64,000 nucleotides of DNA from an uncultured Smithella sp. (lineage in GTDB: Bacteria > Desulfobacterota > Syntrophia > Syntrophales > Smithellaceae). A model generated the notes under the pieces. It was not told where the DNA came from. It made no database searches and saw nothing but the letters and a program-made list of their open reading frames with translations. The DNA is taken from NCBI GenBank assembly GCA_964646755.1, contig CAZYIE010000006.1, positions 2,266-66,265 of the forward strand, written 5' to 3'. Positions 30,927 through 39,897 of this stretch are shown here, piece by piece (positions within the stretch are counted from its first letter, which is position 1; each line of letters begins with the position of its first letter). The translations under genes and the position numbers were made by a program.

Positions 30927-31381
30927 TGGCAGGTACTCCCTCCTGCGGCACACCCTGAAGGATAAGTAAAACCCTCCTGCCGGGTAACGACCAGGCTCTC
31001 CGAAATCCCTGTCGCATTGCCGGCCCAGGTTACCCGCACGGTAACTCTCCAGACATTCGCAGCCAGGTTCGTGATCGTTGTATTAACATCGAACTGCGCA
31101 TCTCCCGACTGAGCCGCCGTCTGGCCACTGGCATTAACCACTGTCGCGGCTAAAGTACCTGTCGTGACGGGGCAGCAGGAATTCATGATCCTCGCTTCCT
31201 GTCGCATCAACTGTTCATACATTATCCCTGATGCTCTGCCCAGATAGTCAGAGCGGGCCGCCGTCCGCCAGGCCGGAGATACCAGCGAGAAGATCGCCAG
31301 TACGGCCACAACGGTTATAAACATGGCGATGACCACCTCGATCAGGCCCAGGCCTTTTTTATTGCATACCGAAAGTGACAT
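30923..31381 (-). CDS. pilV: PilV-like minor pilin
   Basis: Leader ...NKKG/LGLIEVVIAMFI with Glu at +5. Confidence 0.75.
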   Translation of the reverse strand: MSLSVCNKKGLGLIEVVIAMFITVVAVLAIFSLVSPAWRTAARSDYLGRASGIMYEQLMRQEARIMNSCCPVTTGTLAATVVNASGQTAAQSGDAQFDVNTTITNLAANVWRVTVRVTWAGNATGISESLVVTRQEGFTYPSGCAAGGSTCQ

Positions 31382-31823
31382 AGGTCTTTCCTGTAGTATT
31401 GAAAGTTATCCTGGCCCATGATGCCCGATTATTTCTCAACTCTATCGTACCGGCGGCAGGACTCAAGGTACCCCTGGCCAGAAAGGTTAATGTGTAGGCA
31501 GCTCCACCGCCGGGAAGACTGAAAATATAGGTGCCGCCCATTTCTTGTCCCGGGGGCGCCAGTGATTTCGTCTGTACGGTTGTTCCGGTAATTGTATAGG
31601 TATTAGCGGCACTATCAAAAACAATGGTATGGGTTGTATCCAGTTTGGAAACCGCATTTTGTCTCATGTTATTAAAATCCGTTGCCAGATCTCTGGCTGC
31701 CGTTCGCAGATTAGTATTAGATACGTATCGTTGCCAGGAAAAAGATGCAATTGTTGCCAGAATGCCGATAATGGCTATCACAATCATTAATTCTATTAAA
31801 CTAAAGCCTTTGTTTGCCTTCAT
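31359..31823 (-). CDS. fimT: GspH/FimT-like minor pilin
   Basis: MKANKG/FSLIELMIVIAIIGILA. The start is taken at the internal ATG 31823 of the track ORF. Confidence 0.75.
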   Translation of the reverse strand: MKANKGFSLIELMIVIAIIGILATIASFSWQRYVSNTNLRTAARDLATDFNNMRQNAVSKLDTTHTIVFDSAANTYTITGTTVQTKSLAPPGQEMGGTYIFSLPGGGAAYTLTFLARGTLSPAAGTIELRNNRASWARITFNTTGKTYVTFGMQ

Positions 31824-32011
31824 TTTTCCCGCCGGACTCCAGTTGTAATATAAATGCTTCATTTTGCTTCGCAAATCATATGCCATCATCAAGATATATA
31901 GTTGCTCGATAAAATCCGCCATCTTTAAACAGGTAATATCGTTTTTGATAACAACATATTACGCTTAAAAATATTTTCTGTCAATTTTCTCTGTATCCAA
32001 ATGTGGATGAA

Positions 32012-32181
32012 GTCGTAAAAAGTCGAAAACCCACTTTAATCGCCATACCGGCGAACGCCGGTATCCAGTATTATCAAGATGTTCTGGACCCCGGCCTTCG
32101 CCGGGGAGACGGCATTTGGGACTTTTCACGAGACCATCAACACTTGGATATTGGAAATTCCTTGTTGAGCATTGGATATTC
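32012..32181. repeat. REP/MITE-like nested-hairpin element plus TTGGATATT repeat
   Basis: The outer inverted repeat is GTCGTAAAAAGTC (32012-32024) / GACTTTTCACGAG (32120-32132). The inner hairpins are ATACCGGCG-aa-CGCCGGTAT (32045-32064) and CCCCGGC-cttc-GCCGGGG (32089-32106). A direct repeat TTGGATATT lies at 32144 and 32172. Confidence 0.7.
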
Positions 32182-32216
32182 AAAAAAATTCGCCGGTTAT
32201 TTTCCCCTCACGGTAA

Positions 32217-32993
32217 CTAATGCCCCCCCAGCAAAAGAAATCTCATAAAGGCATCGCCCCAGAAAAGATAAGCTACTGCTGCCACCGATAAAAAAGGTCC
32301 GAAGGGAACAGCATATTTCATATCCTGTTTTTTTATCACCATTGCGGCAATGCCGACAATTGCACCCGCAAAAGAACTAAATAACAAAACAAATATTAGC
32401 GATTTCCAGCCTAAAAATCCGCCGATCATGGCCAATAACTTAATATCCCCGCCACCCATTCCCTCACGCTTGGTTAGCAATTCATAGACATAGGCAATTG
32501 CCAAGAGAACTCCGCCACCGACCAGCAGACCAATTGCGGCCTCCAGCCAGGGCACTTTCACAACAAAAACAGCCGTGAGGAAAAAGATGGGGATGCCCGG
32601 CAGGGTTAATACATCCGGAATTATTTGATGATCAAGATCAATAAAAGTAATAACAATCAAAACCGCCGTAAAAACAAAAAATATCAGGAAATTCAGCGTG
32701 AGATAATATTTTCCAAACAACAACACAGCAAGCATGGCAGTGATAAATTCTACCAGCGGATAGCGTAAGGCAATTTTTTCACCACAGTCACGACACTTGC
32801 CTTTTAAAATCAAATAGCTGATCAGAGGAATATTGTCGTAGAAACGTATCGGATGATGACAATGCGGACATTGGGAAAGAGGTTTTACAATTGAATTATG
32901 TTCCGGAATACGGAAAATACAAACATTTAAAAAGCTGCCGATTGCTGCACCGAAAACAAAAACGAAACCGAAAGCAAAAAAACTAAGGAGCAT
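32217..32993 (-). CDS. pilD: prepilin peptidase (A24 family)
   Basis: 258-aa polytopic protein with the N-terminal Cys motif CPHCHHPI...CRDCG and the conserved GGGDIKL. Confidence 0.92.
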   Translation of the reverse strand: MLLSFFAFGFVFVFGAAIGSFLNVCIFRIPEHNSIVKPLSQCPHCHHPIRFYDNIPLISYLILKGKCRDCGEKIALRYPLVEFITAMLAVLLFGKYYLTLNFLIFFVFTAVLIVITFIDLDHQIIPDVLTLPGIPIFFLTAVFVVKVPWLEAAIGLLVGGGVLLAIAYVYELLTKREGMGGGDIKLLAMIGGFLGWKSLIFVLLFSSFAGAIVGIAAMVIKKQDMKYAVPFGPFLSVAAVAYLFWGDAFMRFLLLGGH

Positions 32994-33057
32994 GGCTTGA
33001 TTCCAATCTTAAGATATTCGTTATATATAGGTGAAATGCTAAACAGAATTGTCAATA

Positions 33058-33513
33058 TCAGCCGTCTTTTCTCTCCCAGGAATAAGGAATATCACTGCCA
33101 TGTGCCGGCACACGAAACTCATCAGGCTCCGCGTAATTGTACACTTCGGTCGGAGTATTGACAACAATGGCTTCATCCTCGGAAATACATTTAAAACCAT
33201 GATAAACAAATGGCGGAATATTCACCAGAACAGGGTTATGGATACCGGCAATAATCTCGTTAACTTCGCCGAAAGTGGCTGATTCTTTCCGGCTGTCATA
33301 AAGAACAATTTTCATCATTCCCTTAACCACAGCCATATTATCGCTTTGCTTCTTATGGTAATGCCAGCCCTTCACAACACCGGGATAAGCCGTTGTCATA
33401 TAAACCTGGCCGAATTTTTCAAAAAAGTTATCATCAGATCGCAGGATTTCCATCAAGCGACCGCGTTCATCGGCAATAACTTTCAACTTTTTAACTATTA
33501 CACCATCAATCAT
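33058..33513 (-). CDS. cupin-fold sugar-nucleotide epimerase/isomerase (dTDP-4-dehydrorhamnose 3,5-epimerase-like)
   Basis: MIDGVIVKKLKVIADERGRLMEILR...GWHYHKKQSD. The start at 33513 gives an ATGA overlap with the upstream gene. Confidence 0.7.
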   Translation of the reverse strand: MIDGVIVKKLKVIADERGRLMEILRSDDNFFEKFGQVYMTTAYPGVVKGWHYHKKQSDNMAVVKGMMKIVLYDSRKESATFGEVNEIIAGIHNPVLVNIPPFVYHGFKCISEDEAIVVNTPTEVYNYAEPDEFRVPAHGSDIPYSWERKDG

Positions 33514-34238
33514 AGCTTGTTCGCTCCTGTCTTCTCCACCATATTTCCGGCATGTTGCAATGATTCGAAAGTACCGGCATCTGTCCACCAGCCATCAATC
33601 ACATCCGATTGCATCTTTCCTTCTCGAATATAAAAATTATTAACATCGGTGATTTCCAGTTCGCCGCGTTGTGACGGCTTCAAGGAACGAATGAATTCAA
33701 ACACCCGGTAATCATACATGTAAATACCGATAACGGCAAAATTGGAAGAAGGATTTGCCGGTTTTTCTTCGACACGGATTATTTTATCTCCCGCAAAAAC
33801 AGGAACGCCAAATCGTTGCGGATCGGGAACTTCCTTGAGCAATATGCGGGCGCCGTCTTTCTGGTCACGAAATTTTCCCACCGCCGCCTTAATATTCCCT
33901 TCAATAATATTATCACCAAGAACAACAACAATCTTATCCTTATCAGCGAAAAATTCGGCCAGACTCAAAGCAGCAGCAATGCCGCCCTCACCTTGCTGAT
34001 AAGTATAGTTGATGTGCTTCAGACCGAAATCTTTACCATTTTCCAGCAGCTTCAGGAAATCACCGGCATTGTTGCCGCCGGTCACAATCAGAATTTCATC
34101 AATACCGGCATTCACCAGAATTCGGATGGGATAATAGATCATCGGCTCATTATAGACAGGAAGCAAATGCTTGTTTGTTACTTTGGTCAGAGGATAAAGC
34201 CTGCTACCCAATCCACCGGCCAGGACAACACCTTTCAT
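33510..34238 (-). CDS. sugar-1-phosphate nucleotidyltransferase (short RmlA-like)
   Basis: 242 aa starting MKGVVLAGGLGSRLYPLTKVTNKHLLPV. Confidence 0.85.
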   Translation of the reverse strand: MKGVVLAGGLGSRLYPLTKVTNKHLLPVYNEPMIYYPIRILVNAGIDEILIVTGGNNAGDFLKLLENGKDFGLKHINYTYQQGEGGIAAALSLAEFFADKDKIVVVLGDNIIEGNIKAAVGKFRDQKDGARILLKEVPDPQRFGVPVFAGDKIIRVEEKPANPSSNFAVIGIYMYDYRVFEFIRSLKPSQRGELEITDVNNFYIREGKMQSDVIDGWWTDAGTFESLQHAGNMVEKTGANKL

Positions 34239-34359
34239 GATATCTCCTTGGTTTTTCGTTTGTTATCGCAACTTATGTCTTTTTCCATATCATATCATGG
34301 AACATATCAACAATAATTTTCTTTACATCTCATTAAAATATGGAGTATTTGTTGGCACT

Positions 34360-35443
34360 ATGAATAATGATGAATACTACATGCAATCGGCGTTAAAGCT
34401 TGCCCGGAAAGGAAAGGGTCATGTCAGCCCCAATCCGCTGGTCGGTGCAATCATTGTTAAAAATGACCGGATTATCGGTCAAGGTTATCACAAAAGGAGA
34501 CGATCATGCAGAAGTCAATGCTATAAAAAATGCCTGTGAAGACGTTGCCGGGGCAACGCTCTATGTCAATCTGGAACCGTGCTGCCACGAGGGGAAAACA
34601 CCCCCTTGTGTGGTGAGTATAATCAAGCATAAAATTGCCAAAGTTGTCATCGGCTCCATTGATTCCAATCCGCTGGTCTCTTGTGGTGGTTTGAATTATT
34701 TGCAGAGTCAGGGAATTGAAGTAAAAACAGGTGTGTTAGAAAATGAATGCCGTAGTCTCAATGAAATTTTCTTTCATTACATGGAAACCGGTCTGCCTTT
34801 CGTCACAGTAAAATACGCCCAGACATTCGATGGCCGTATTGCCACAGCTAATGGCCAGTCCCAATGGATCAGCTCGAAGGCGGCACAAAAATTTGCGCAT
34901 CAATTGAGAGCACAGCATGATGCCATTCTAGTAGGGGCGCAAACAGTAATTAAAGATGATCCGGAACTGACAGTACGCCATGTCCGTGGCCGCAACCCCC
35001 TGCGAATTGTCGTGGATTACGGCCTGAGAATTCCAGCACAGGCGAAAATTCTGCAAAGCCAATCCGACGCCAAAACTTTAATTGCCACCTCCAAAACTGC
35101 AGAAGATCCGCATTTCCAGCGGATTGCTGATTCCGGCATAGAAATAATTACAATTGATGCTGATAGTCAGGGCAAAGTTGATTTAAAAATATTATTTAAA
35201 ATACTTGCTGCCAGAGGCATATCTTCCCTTTTAGTGGAAGGCGGCGCTCAAATTATCACCTCGGTATTGCAGAAAGATTTAGCCTGTCGTCTGGTCGCGA
35301 TAATTGCGCCGAAAATTATCGGCAGAGGAATTGAAGCCATCGGAGAGTTACAGATCAACGATCTTAAATATGCCAAACAACTATCCTTTCAAAAAATAAA
35401 AAGACTCGGCCCGGATATAGTAATTGACAGCCGCTTAAGTTAA
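34360..35443 (+). pseudogene. ribD: riboflavin biosynthesis protein RibD, interrupted by a 1-nt frameshift in an A-run
   Basis: The frame from 34360 encodes MNNDEYYMQSALKLARKGKGHVSPNPLVGAIIVKNDRIIGQGYHK and then runs to a stop at 34537-34539. The next frame continues GDDHAEVNAIKNA...LEPCCHEGKTPPC plus the reductase domain to 35443. The junction is CAC-AAAA-GGAGAC (A4 at 34492-34495), and removing one A restores a single ORF. Confidence 0.8.
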
Positions 35444-37033
35444 ATTGGCAATCATGTTTTCTGCGGCCTTGATTCCATCCAGGGCCGAACTGATAATTCC
35501 TCCGGCATAACCTGCACCTTCACCGCAGGGATAGAGGCCGCAAACTGTTTCACTCTGGCCGTCACTCTTCCGGCAAATGCGTACCGGTGATGATGTTCTT
35601 GTTTCCACTCCTATCAGATGGCCCTCCGCAGTAATAAATCCCGGCATTTTTCTGTTGAATTCATAAATACCGGCTCTTAGCGCATCAGCAACAAATGAAG
35701 GAAGTACATCATCGAGCGCCGCCGGCTTTGTGCCGGGACGAAAGCTTGTCGGCACGTTGTAATCCGCCACTTTCTTTTCCAGAAAATCAGTCAATCTTTG
35801 CACCGGCGCAAAATAATTGCTGCCACCTGCGGCAAAAGCTTTTTTCTCCCACCGGGCTCGAAATTCCAGTCCGGCCAGGGGTTCTCTCTGGAAAGCAAAA
35901 TCGTCAACCCGGACATTGACAACTACGGCGCTATTGGCCAGCGTGCCATCCCGCAGACTTTTACTCATCCCGTTGGTTAAAACATAACCGGGAAAAGCGC
36001 TGCAGCCGATTACTTCCCCGCCGGGACACATGCAAAAAGTATAAACCGAACGGTTTAAAGCAGGAATTGCTGCTGTCACAAAATATTCCGCCGGCGGAAG
36101 TTGAGGATGCCCGGACCATTTTCCGTATTGAAGGGAATTAATTAATTCCTGCGGATGCTCCACGCGCAGCCCCATGGCAAAAGGTTTAGCTTCCATTCTA
36201 ACACCACTTGCCAGTAGTTTTTGGTATGTATCATCGGCGCTCTGACCGATAGCCAAAACCAATTGATCAGTTTTTATTTCTTCCTTTTCGTGAACTATAA
36301 TTGCGGCAAGAGATCCCTGTCGGACAATAAAATCCGTCACCCGTGCTTCAAAGCGAATTATACAGCCCATTGCCTTAAGTTTATTGCGTAAATTGATTAC
36401 CACCTTTCTCAATCGATCTGTACCCACATGGGGTTTGGCATCGGTGAGTATGGCCGAGGGCGCGCCCATTTCCACCAGAATCTTTTTTACCCAGAAAGAG
36501 GATGGATTCTTGCTCCGGCTGGTGAGCTTGCCGTCGGAGAATGTTCCGGCGCCTCCCTCACCAAAAAGTACGTTGCTGGATGGATTCAGAATGCCTTTTC
36601 CCCAAAAGTCTTGTACATCCATTGCTCGCTTTTCTATTGCTGTACCTCTTTCCAGCAGTAACACCGGAAGCCCTCTGGCAGACAGCACATAAGCGGCAAA
36701 GAGACCGGCCGGCCCGCTGCCGACAACAACTATGGGGAGTACAGGTTTAGACGTTCTGGTAAAGAGCGGCTCCGGCAATTGATCTTCGAGTTCGTGCACT
36801 TGGATTCCTTCGGCCAGATCGCAGGGCACCGGGCAATCATCAGCAATGGTTAATTGGATTGCATAAACAAAATGAGGCGGTTTATTCCGCCGCGCATCAA
36901 TTGCTTTTTTGATAATTCTGAGATTTGCAATAACACTTGGCGATACCGCCAGAAGAGCAGCTGCTTTTTGGCTCAGCTGCTCTTCATTTTCATCCAAAGC
37001 CAGCTTAATTCCCGCGATACGCAAAAGCTTCAT
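35435..37033 (-). CDS. FAD-dependent oxidoreductase (COG2509-like)
   Basis: About 532 aa with the dinucleotide motif VVVGSGPAGLFAA. The C-terminal region is typical of this uncharacterised dehydrogenase family. Confidence 0.75.
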   Translation of the reverse strand: MKLLRIAGIKLALDENEEQLSQKAAALLAVSPSVIANLRIIKKAIDARRNKPPHFVYAIQLTIADDCPVPCDLAEGIQVHELEDQLPEPLFTRTSKPVLPIVVVGSGPAGLFAAYVLSARGLPVLLLERGTAIEKRAMDVQDFWGKGILNPSSNVLFGEGGAGTFSDGKLTSRSKNPSSFWVKKILVEMGAPSAILTDAKPHVGTDRLRKVVINLRNKLKAMGCIIRFEARVTDFIVRQGSLAAIIVHEKEEIKTDQLVLAIGQSADDTYQKLLASGVRMEAKPFAMGLRVEHPQELINSLQYGKWSGHPQLPPAEYFVTAAIPALNRSVYTFCMCPGGEVIGCSAFPGYVLTNGMSKSLRDGTLANSAVVVNVRVDDFAFQREPLAGLEFRARWEKKAFAAGGSNYFAPVQRLTDFLEKKVADYNVPTSFRPGTKPAALDDVLPSFVADALRAGIYEFNRKMPGFITAEGHLIGVETRTSSPVRICRKSDGQSETVCGLYPCGEGAGYAGGIISSALDGIKAAENMIANLT

Positions 37034-37115
37034 CAAATCACCATTGCAAAATTTTTATAGTTATTATAGGAGGGCATACATTTAATATTATCCGAATAAA
37101 TTATAGGGTGTTTTT

Positions 37116-37619
37116 ATGCCTTGGTATGCCGTAAGTACAAGAAGCCGCCATGAATATAAAGCAAATTCCGGTCTTGCGCAAAAAAATATACCGACTTTTT
37201 TACCTGAGATGGAAGTTTGGAGCAAGAGAAAAGACCGGAAAAAGAAAATATTTATCCCCCTTTTCCCCGGCTATCTTTTTGTGGAAACACCTCATCTGAA
37301 TAATGAAACAAAAATCTCCATCCTGCAAACATTTGGTGTCGTGAGAATTCTCGGCAAGAAGGAAAACACCGAACCGATAGCCGTACCGGACAGCAAGATT
37401 GAAGCAATCCAGCGTCTTTTAAATAAGAAGGTGGAAGTTTTTTCGCTGCAATATCCTCAGGCGGGTGAACCGGCAAAAATTATTGATGGCCCCTTTACTG
37501 GAATTGAAGGTATTGTAATTAGCAGCAATGCCGAAAAAGAGCTTTTTGTTATCTCCATTGAACTTCTGCAACGTTCGGTGGCCATAAAACTGGAAGGATT
37601 TCAAATTACGAAAATATAA
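37116..37619 (+). CDS. specialised NusG paralog (UpxY/RfaH-like antiterminator)
   Basis: 167 aa with an NGN-like N-terminus (WYAVSTRSRHEYKA...LFPGYLFVE) and a KOW motif (AKIIDGPFTGIEGIV). Confidence 0.75.
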   Translation: MPWYAVSTRSRHEYKANSGLAQKNIPTFLPEMEVWSKRKDRKKKIFIPLFPGYLFVETPHLNNETKISILQTFGVVRILGKKENTEPIAVPDSKIEAIQRLLNKKVEVFSLQYPQAGEPAKIIDGPFTGIEGIVISSNAEKELFVISIELLQRSVAIKLEGFQITKI

Positions 37620-37626
37620 AAAAATA

Positions 37627-37743
37627 GGCTGAGGACTGAGGGCTTAAGGATGAAGAGCTAAAATTATTTCCTTCAGCCCTCGGCCTAATCACCTTCAGCC
37701 TAGTTTATTATCCCTTCAGTCTTCAGCCTAAACACCTTCAGTC
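37627..37743. repeat. cluster of CCTTCAGYC repeats with inverted copies
   Basis: CCTTCAGCC/CCTTCAGTC occurs at 37670, 37692, 37713 and 37735, with a partial copy at 37722. The complementary GGCTGAGGACTGAGGGCTTAAGGATGAAG lies at 37627-37655. Confidence 0.7.
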
Positions 37744-37836
37744 TCATTAATTATTCCTTGACTTTATAGTCATTTTGGGTAAGAAAGCGTGCTCTGAAAT
37801 TGCGATTATTCTGCCGGATTAAAACTGTTTTGGAGA

Positions 37837-38052
37837 TTGATTTTGAAAGGTTACATTAAGATAAACAAAGAATTTTGCAAGGAATGCCACCTTTGCATTT
37901 ATGTCTGCCCGAAAGGCTGCATTATTCCCACCAAAGAATATAACTCCCGCGGCTACCACCCTGTCGCCTCTGATGAGAGTAAGGAATGCACCGGCTGTAC
38001 TTTGTGCGCAGTCATGTGCCCGGAAGTGGCTATCGAGGTCTATCGTGAATAA
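37837..38052 (+). CDS. korD: 2-oxoacid:ferredoxin oxidoreductase delta subunit (2x[4Fe-4S])
   Basis: 71 aa with two CxxCxxCxxxCP motifs. The start is non-ATG (TTG at 37837 or 37843). Confidence 0.8.
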   Translation: MILKGYIKINKEFCKECHLCIYVCPKGCIIPTKEYNSRGYHPVASDESKECTGCTLCAVMCPEVAIEVYRE

Positions 38053-39103
38053 AGTATTAATGTCCGGAAACAACATTATCGGGGAAGCGGCAATCCGTGC
38101 CGGGTGCCGTTTTTATGCCGGTTATCCGATAACTCCCCAAAACGAGCTTACTGAATATATGGCGGAACACATGCGCAATGTGGAAGGTGGCGTCTTTGTT
38201 CAGTCGGAAAGTGAAATTGCAGCCATTCACATGATCATCGGTGCCAGCGCCGCCGGTGCAAGAGTTATGACTTCGTCTTCCAGCCCCGGTATTTCGTTGA
38301 AGCAGGAAGGCATTTCTTCTATGGCCGCCTGTGAACTACCCGGTGTTATTGTCAACATTATGCGTGGCGGTCCCGGACTGGGTAATATTCGTCCGGCGCA
38401 GGGGGATTATTTCCAGGCAACTCGCGGAGGAGGACATGGTGATTACCGGACAATTGTTTATGGACCGGCTACCTGCCAGGAACTGGCTGATTTAACCATG
38501 AATGCCTTTGATCTGGCAGATATTTACCGTACTCCGGTTATGATTCTGGCCGATGGTATGATGGGACAGATGATGGAACCAGTTGTCTTCAAAAAACCAA
38601 AACCGCGGCAATACAGTGAAAAATTTATGCTCAGAGGTGCGGGTATTGGTAAAAGTAAATTCATCCGCGGCCTCATCCTCGATGCCATAGATATGGAAGA
38701 GCACAATTGGAAATTAGCACGTAAATATCAAGCTATTACCGAAAAAGAAACTCTCTATGAAGAGTATAAAACGGAAGATGCGGTGTTAGTTATTGTTGCC
38801 TATGGCACCGCTGCCCGTATCGCAAAAGGCGCCATCAAACGCCTGCGGGAAAACGGCATGAAAGTCGGACTTTTCCGGCCGATCACCCTTTGGCCTTTCC
38901 CGGAATTAAAATTACGGGCATTATCGAAAAAAGTTAAAAATTATCTGGTCTTTGAGTTAAGTACCGGTCAGATGCTAGATGATGTGCGGCTCGCTCTTCA
39001 GGGTTATGCCGCTATTGAATTTCATGGGCGGCCCGGCGGCACGGTGCCCACGCCGGCGGAACTGGCTAATGTTATTGCCAGGCACTACGAAACAATAGAT
39101 TAA
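38045..39103 (+). CDS. korA: 2-oxoacid:ferredoxin oxidoreductase alpha subunit
   Basis: VNKVLMSGNNIIGEAAIRAGCRFYAGYPITPQNE... The GTG at 38045 overlaps the korD stop. The track ORF from 37901 is an out-of-context N-terminal extension through korD. Confidence 0.88.
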   Translation: MNKVLMSGNNIIGEAAIRAGCRFYAGYPITPQNELTEYMAEHMRNVEGGVFVQSESEIAAIHMIIGASAAGARVMTSSSSPGISLKQEGISSMAACELPGVIVNIMRGGPGLGNIRPAQGDYFQATRGGGHGDYRTIVYGPATCQELADLTMNAFDLADIYRTPVMILADGMMGQMMEPVVFKKPKPRQYSEKFMLRGAGIGKSKFIRGLILDAIDMEEHNWKLARKYQAITEKETLYEEYKTEDAVLVIVAYGTAARIAKGAIKRLRENGMKVGLFRPITLWPFPELKLRALSKKVKNYLVFELSTGQMLDDVRLALQGYAAIEFHGRPGGTVPTPAELANVIARHYETID

Positions 39104-39123
39104 ACCGATTAGGAACAAAAAAT

Positions 39124-39897
39124 ATGGCAAAAAAAGTATTTGGTCGGCCGGAAAGTTTAAAAGAAGCATATTTTCATTACTGCCCCGGCTGCGGTCACAG
39201 CATTGCTCATCGGCTTGTTGCCGAAGTTATTGATGAACTGGGAATTCGCGGAATAACTATCGGTGTTCCTCCCGCCGGTTGTGCCGTATTAGCTTATAAT
39301 TATTTTGACATCGATATGCTGGAAGCACAGCACGGGCGTGGCCCGGCCACAGCTACGGGACTCAAGCGCGCACTGCCGGATCGTATCGTTTTTTCCTATC
39401 AGGGTGATGGAGATCTGGCGGCTATAGGCATGGCCGAGAGTTTTCATGCAGCGAACCGCGGTGAAAATATCACTGTAATTTTTATTAATAATGCCGTTTA
39501 TGGAATGACAGGCGGTCAAATGGCGCCGACAACGATGCTGGACCAGAAAACAACAACCTCTCCCTCCGGTCGCAATAAAATATTAGATGGCTATCCGGTT
39601 AAAGTATGCGAAATATTTTCCCAACTTCAAGGCACAACTTACGTGGAAAGAGTAACCGTCAATTCGCCGGCCAGCGTTAAAAAAACTAAAAAAGCTCTCA
39701 AAAAAGCTTTTCAATGTCAGATGGACGGATTGGGCTTTTCACTGGTCGAAATTCTCTCACCCTGCCCGACTAACTGGAAAATGACTCCCGTCGCCTCCTG
39801 CAAATGGATAGATGAAGTGATGAGCAAGGAATTTCCGCTGGGTGTTTTTAAAGATAACGTAGCTCCCGGGAAACAACCTGCGGAGGCCGCATCATGA
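39124..39897 (+). CDS. korB: 2-oxoacid:ferredoxin oxidoreductase beta subunit (TPP-binding)
   Basis: 257 aa with the motifs CPGCGH and YQGDGDLAAIG...NNAVYGMTGGQ. Confidence 0.9.
   Translation: MAKKVFGRPESLKEAYFHYCPGCGHSIAHRLVAEVIDELGIRGITIGVPPAGCAVLAYNYFDIDMLEAQHGRGPATATGLKRALPDRIVFSYQGDGDLAAIGMAESFHAANRGENITVIFINNAVYGMTGGQMAPTTMLDQKTTTSPSGRNKILDGYPVKVCEIFSQLQGTTYVERVTVNSPASVKKTKKALKKAFQCQMDGLGFSLVEILSPCPTNWKMTPVASCKWIDEVMSKEFPLGVFKDNVAPGKQPAEAAS

Noticed and set aside
31965-32248. The ORFs 31965-32183 (-) and 32003-32248 (+), with peptides such as NIQCSTRNFQYPS and IPANAGIQ...LRRGDG.
   Set aside because: They overlap each other on opposite strands and coincide exactly with the nested-hairpin repeat element. 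They are translations of a repeat, not genes.
34239-34359. A possible FMN (RFN) riboswitch upstream of ribD.
   Set aside because: The 120-nt gap is AT-rich. It lacks the conserved GC-rich RFN core helices and the GGGGCAGGGTGAAATTCCC-type motif.
37901-38044. The long N-terminal extension of korA in the ORF track (starting at 37901), which overlaps korD.
   Set aside because: The extension is out of frame through the well-supported ferredoxin-like korD and is not alpha-subunit-like. The GTG at 38045 (or the ATG at 38060) gives the canonical N-terminus. The extensions at 33514-33588 (cupin gene), 31824-31922 (fimT) and 53617-53682 (USP-like) were trimmed for the same reason.
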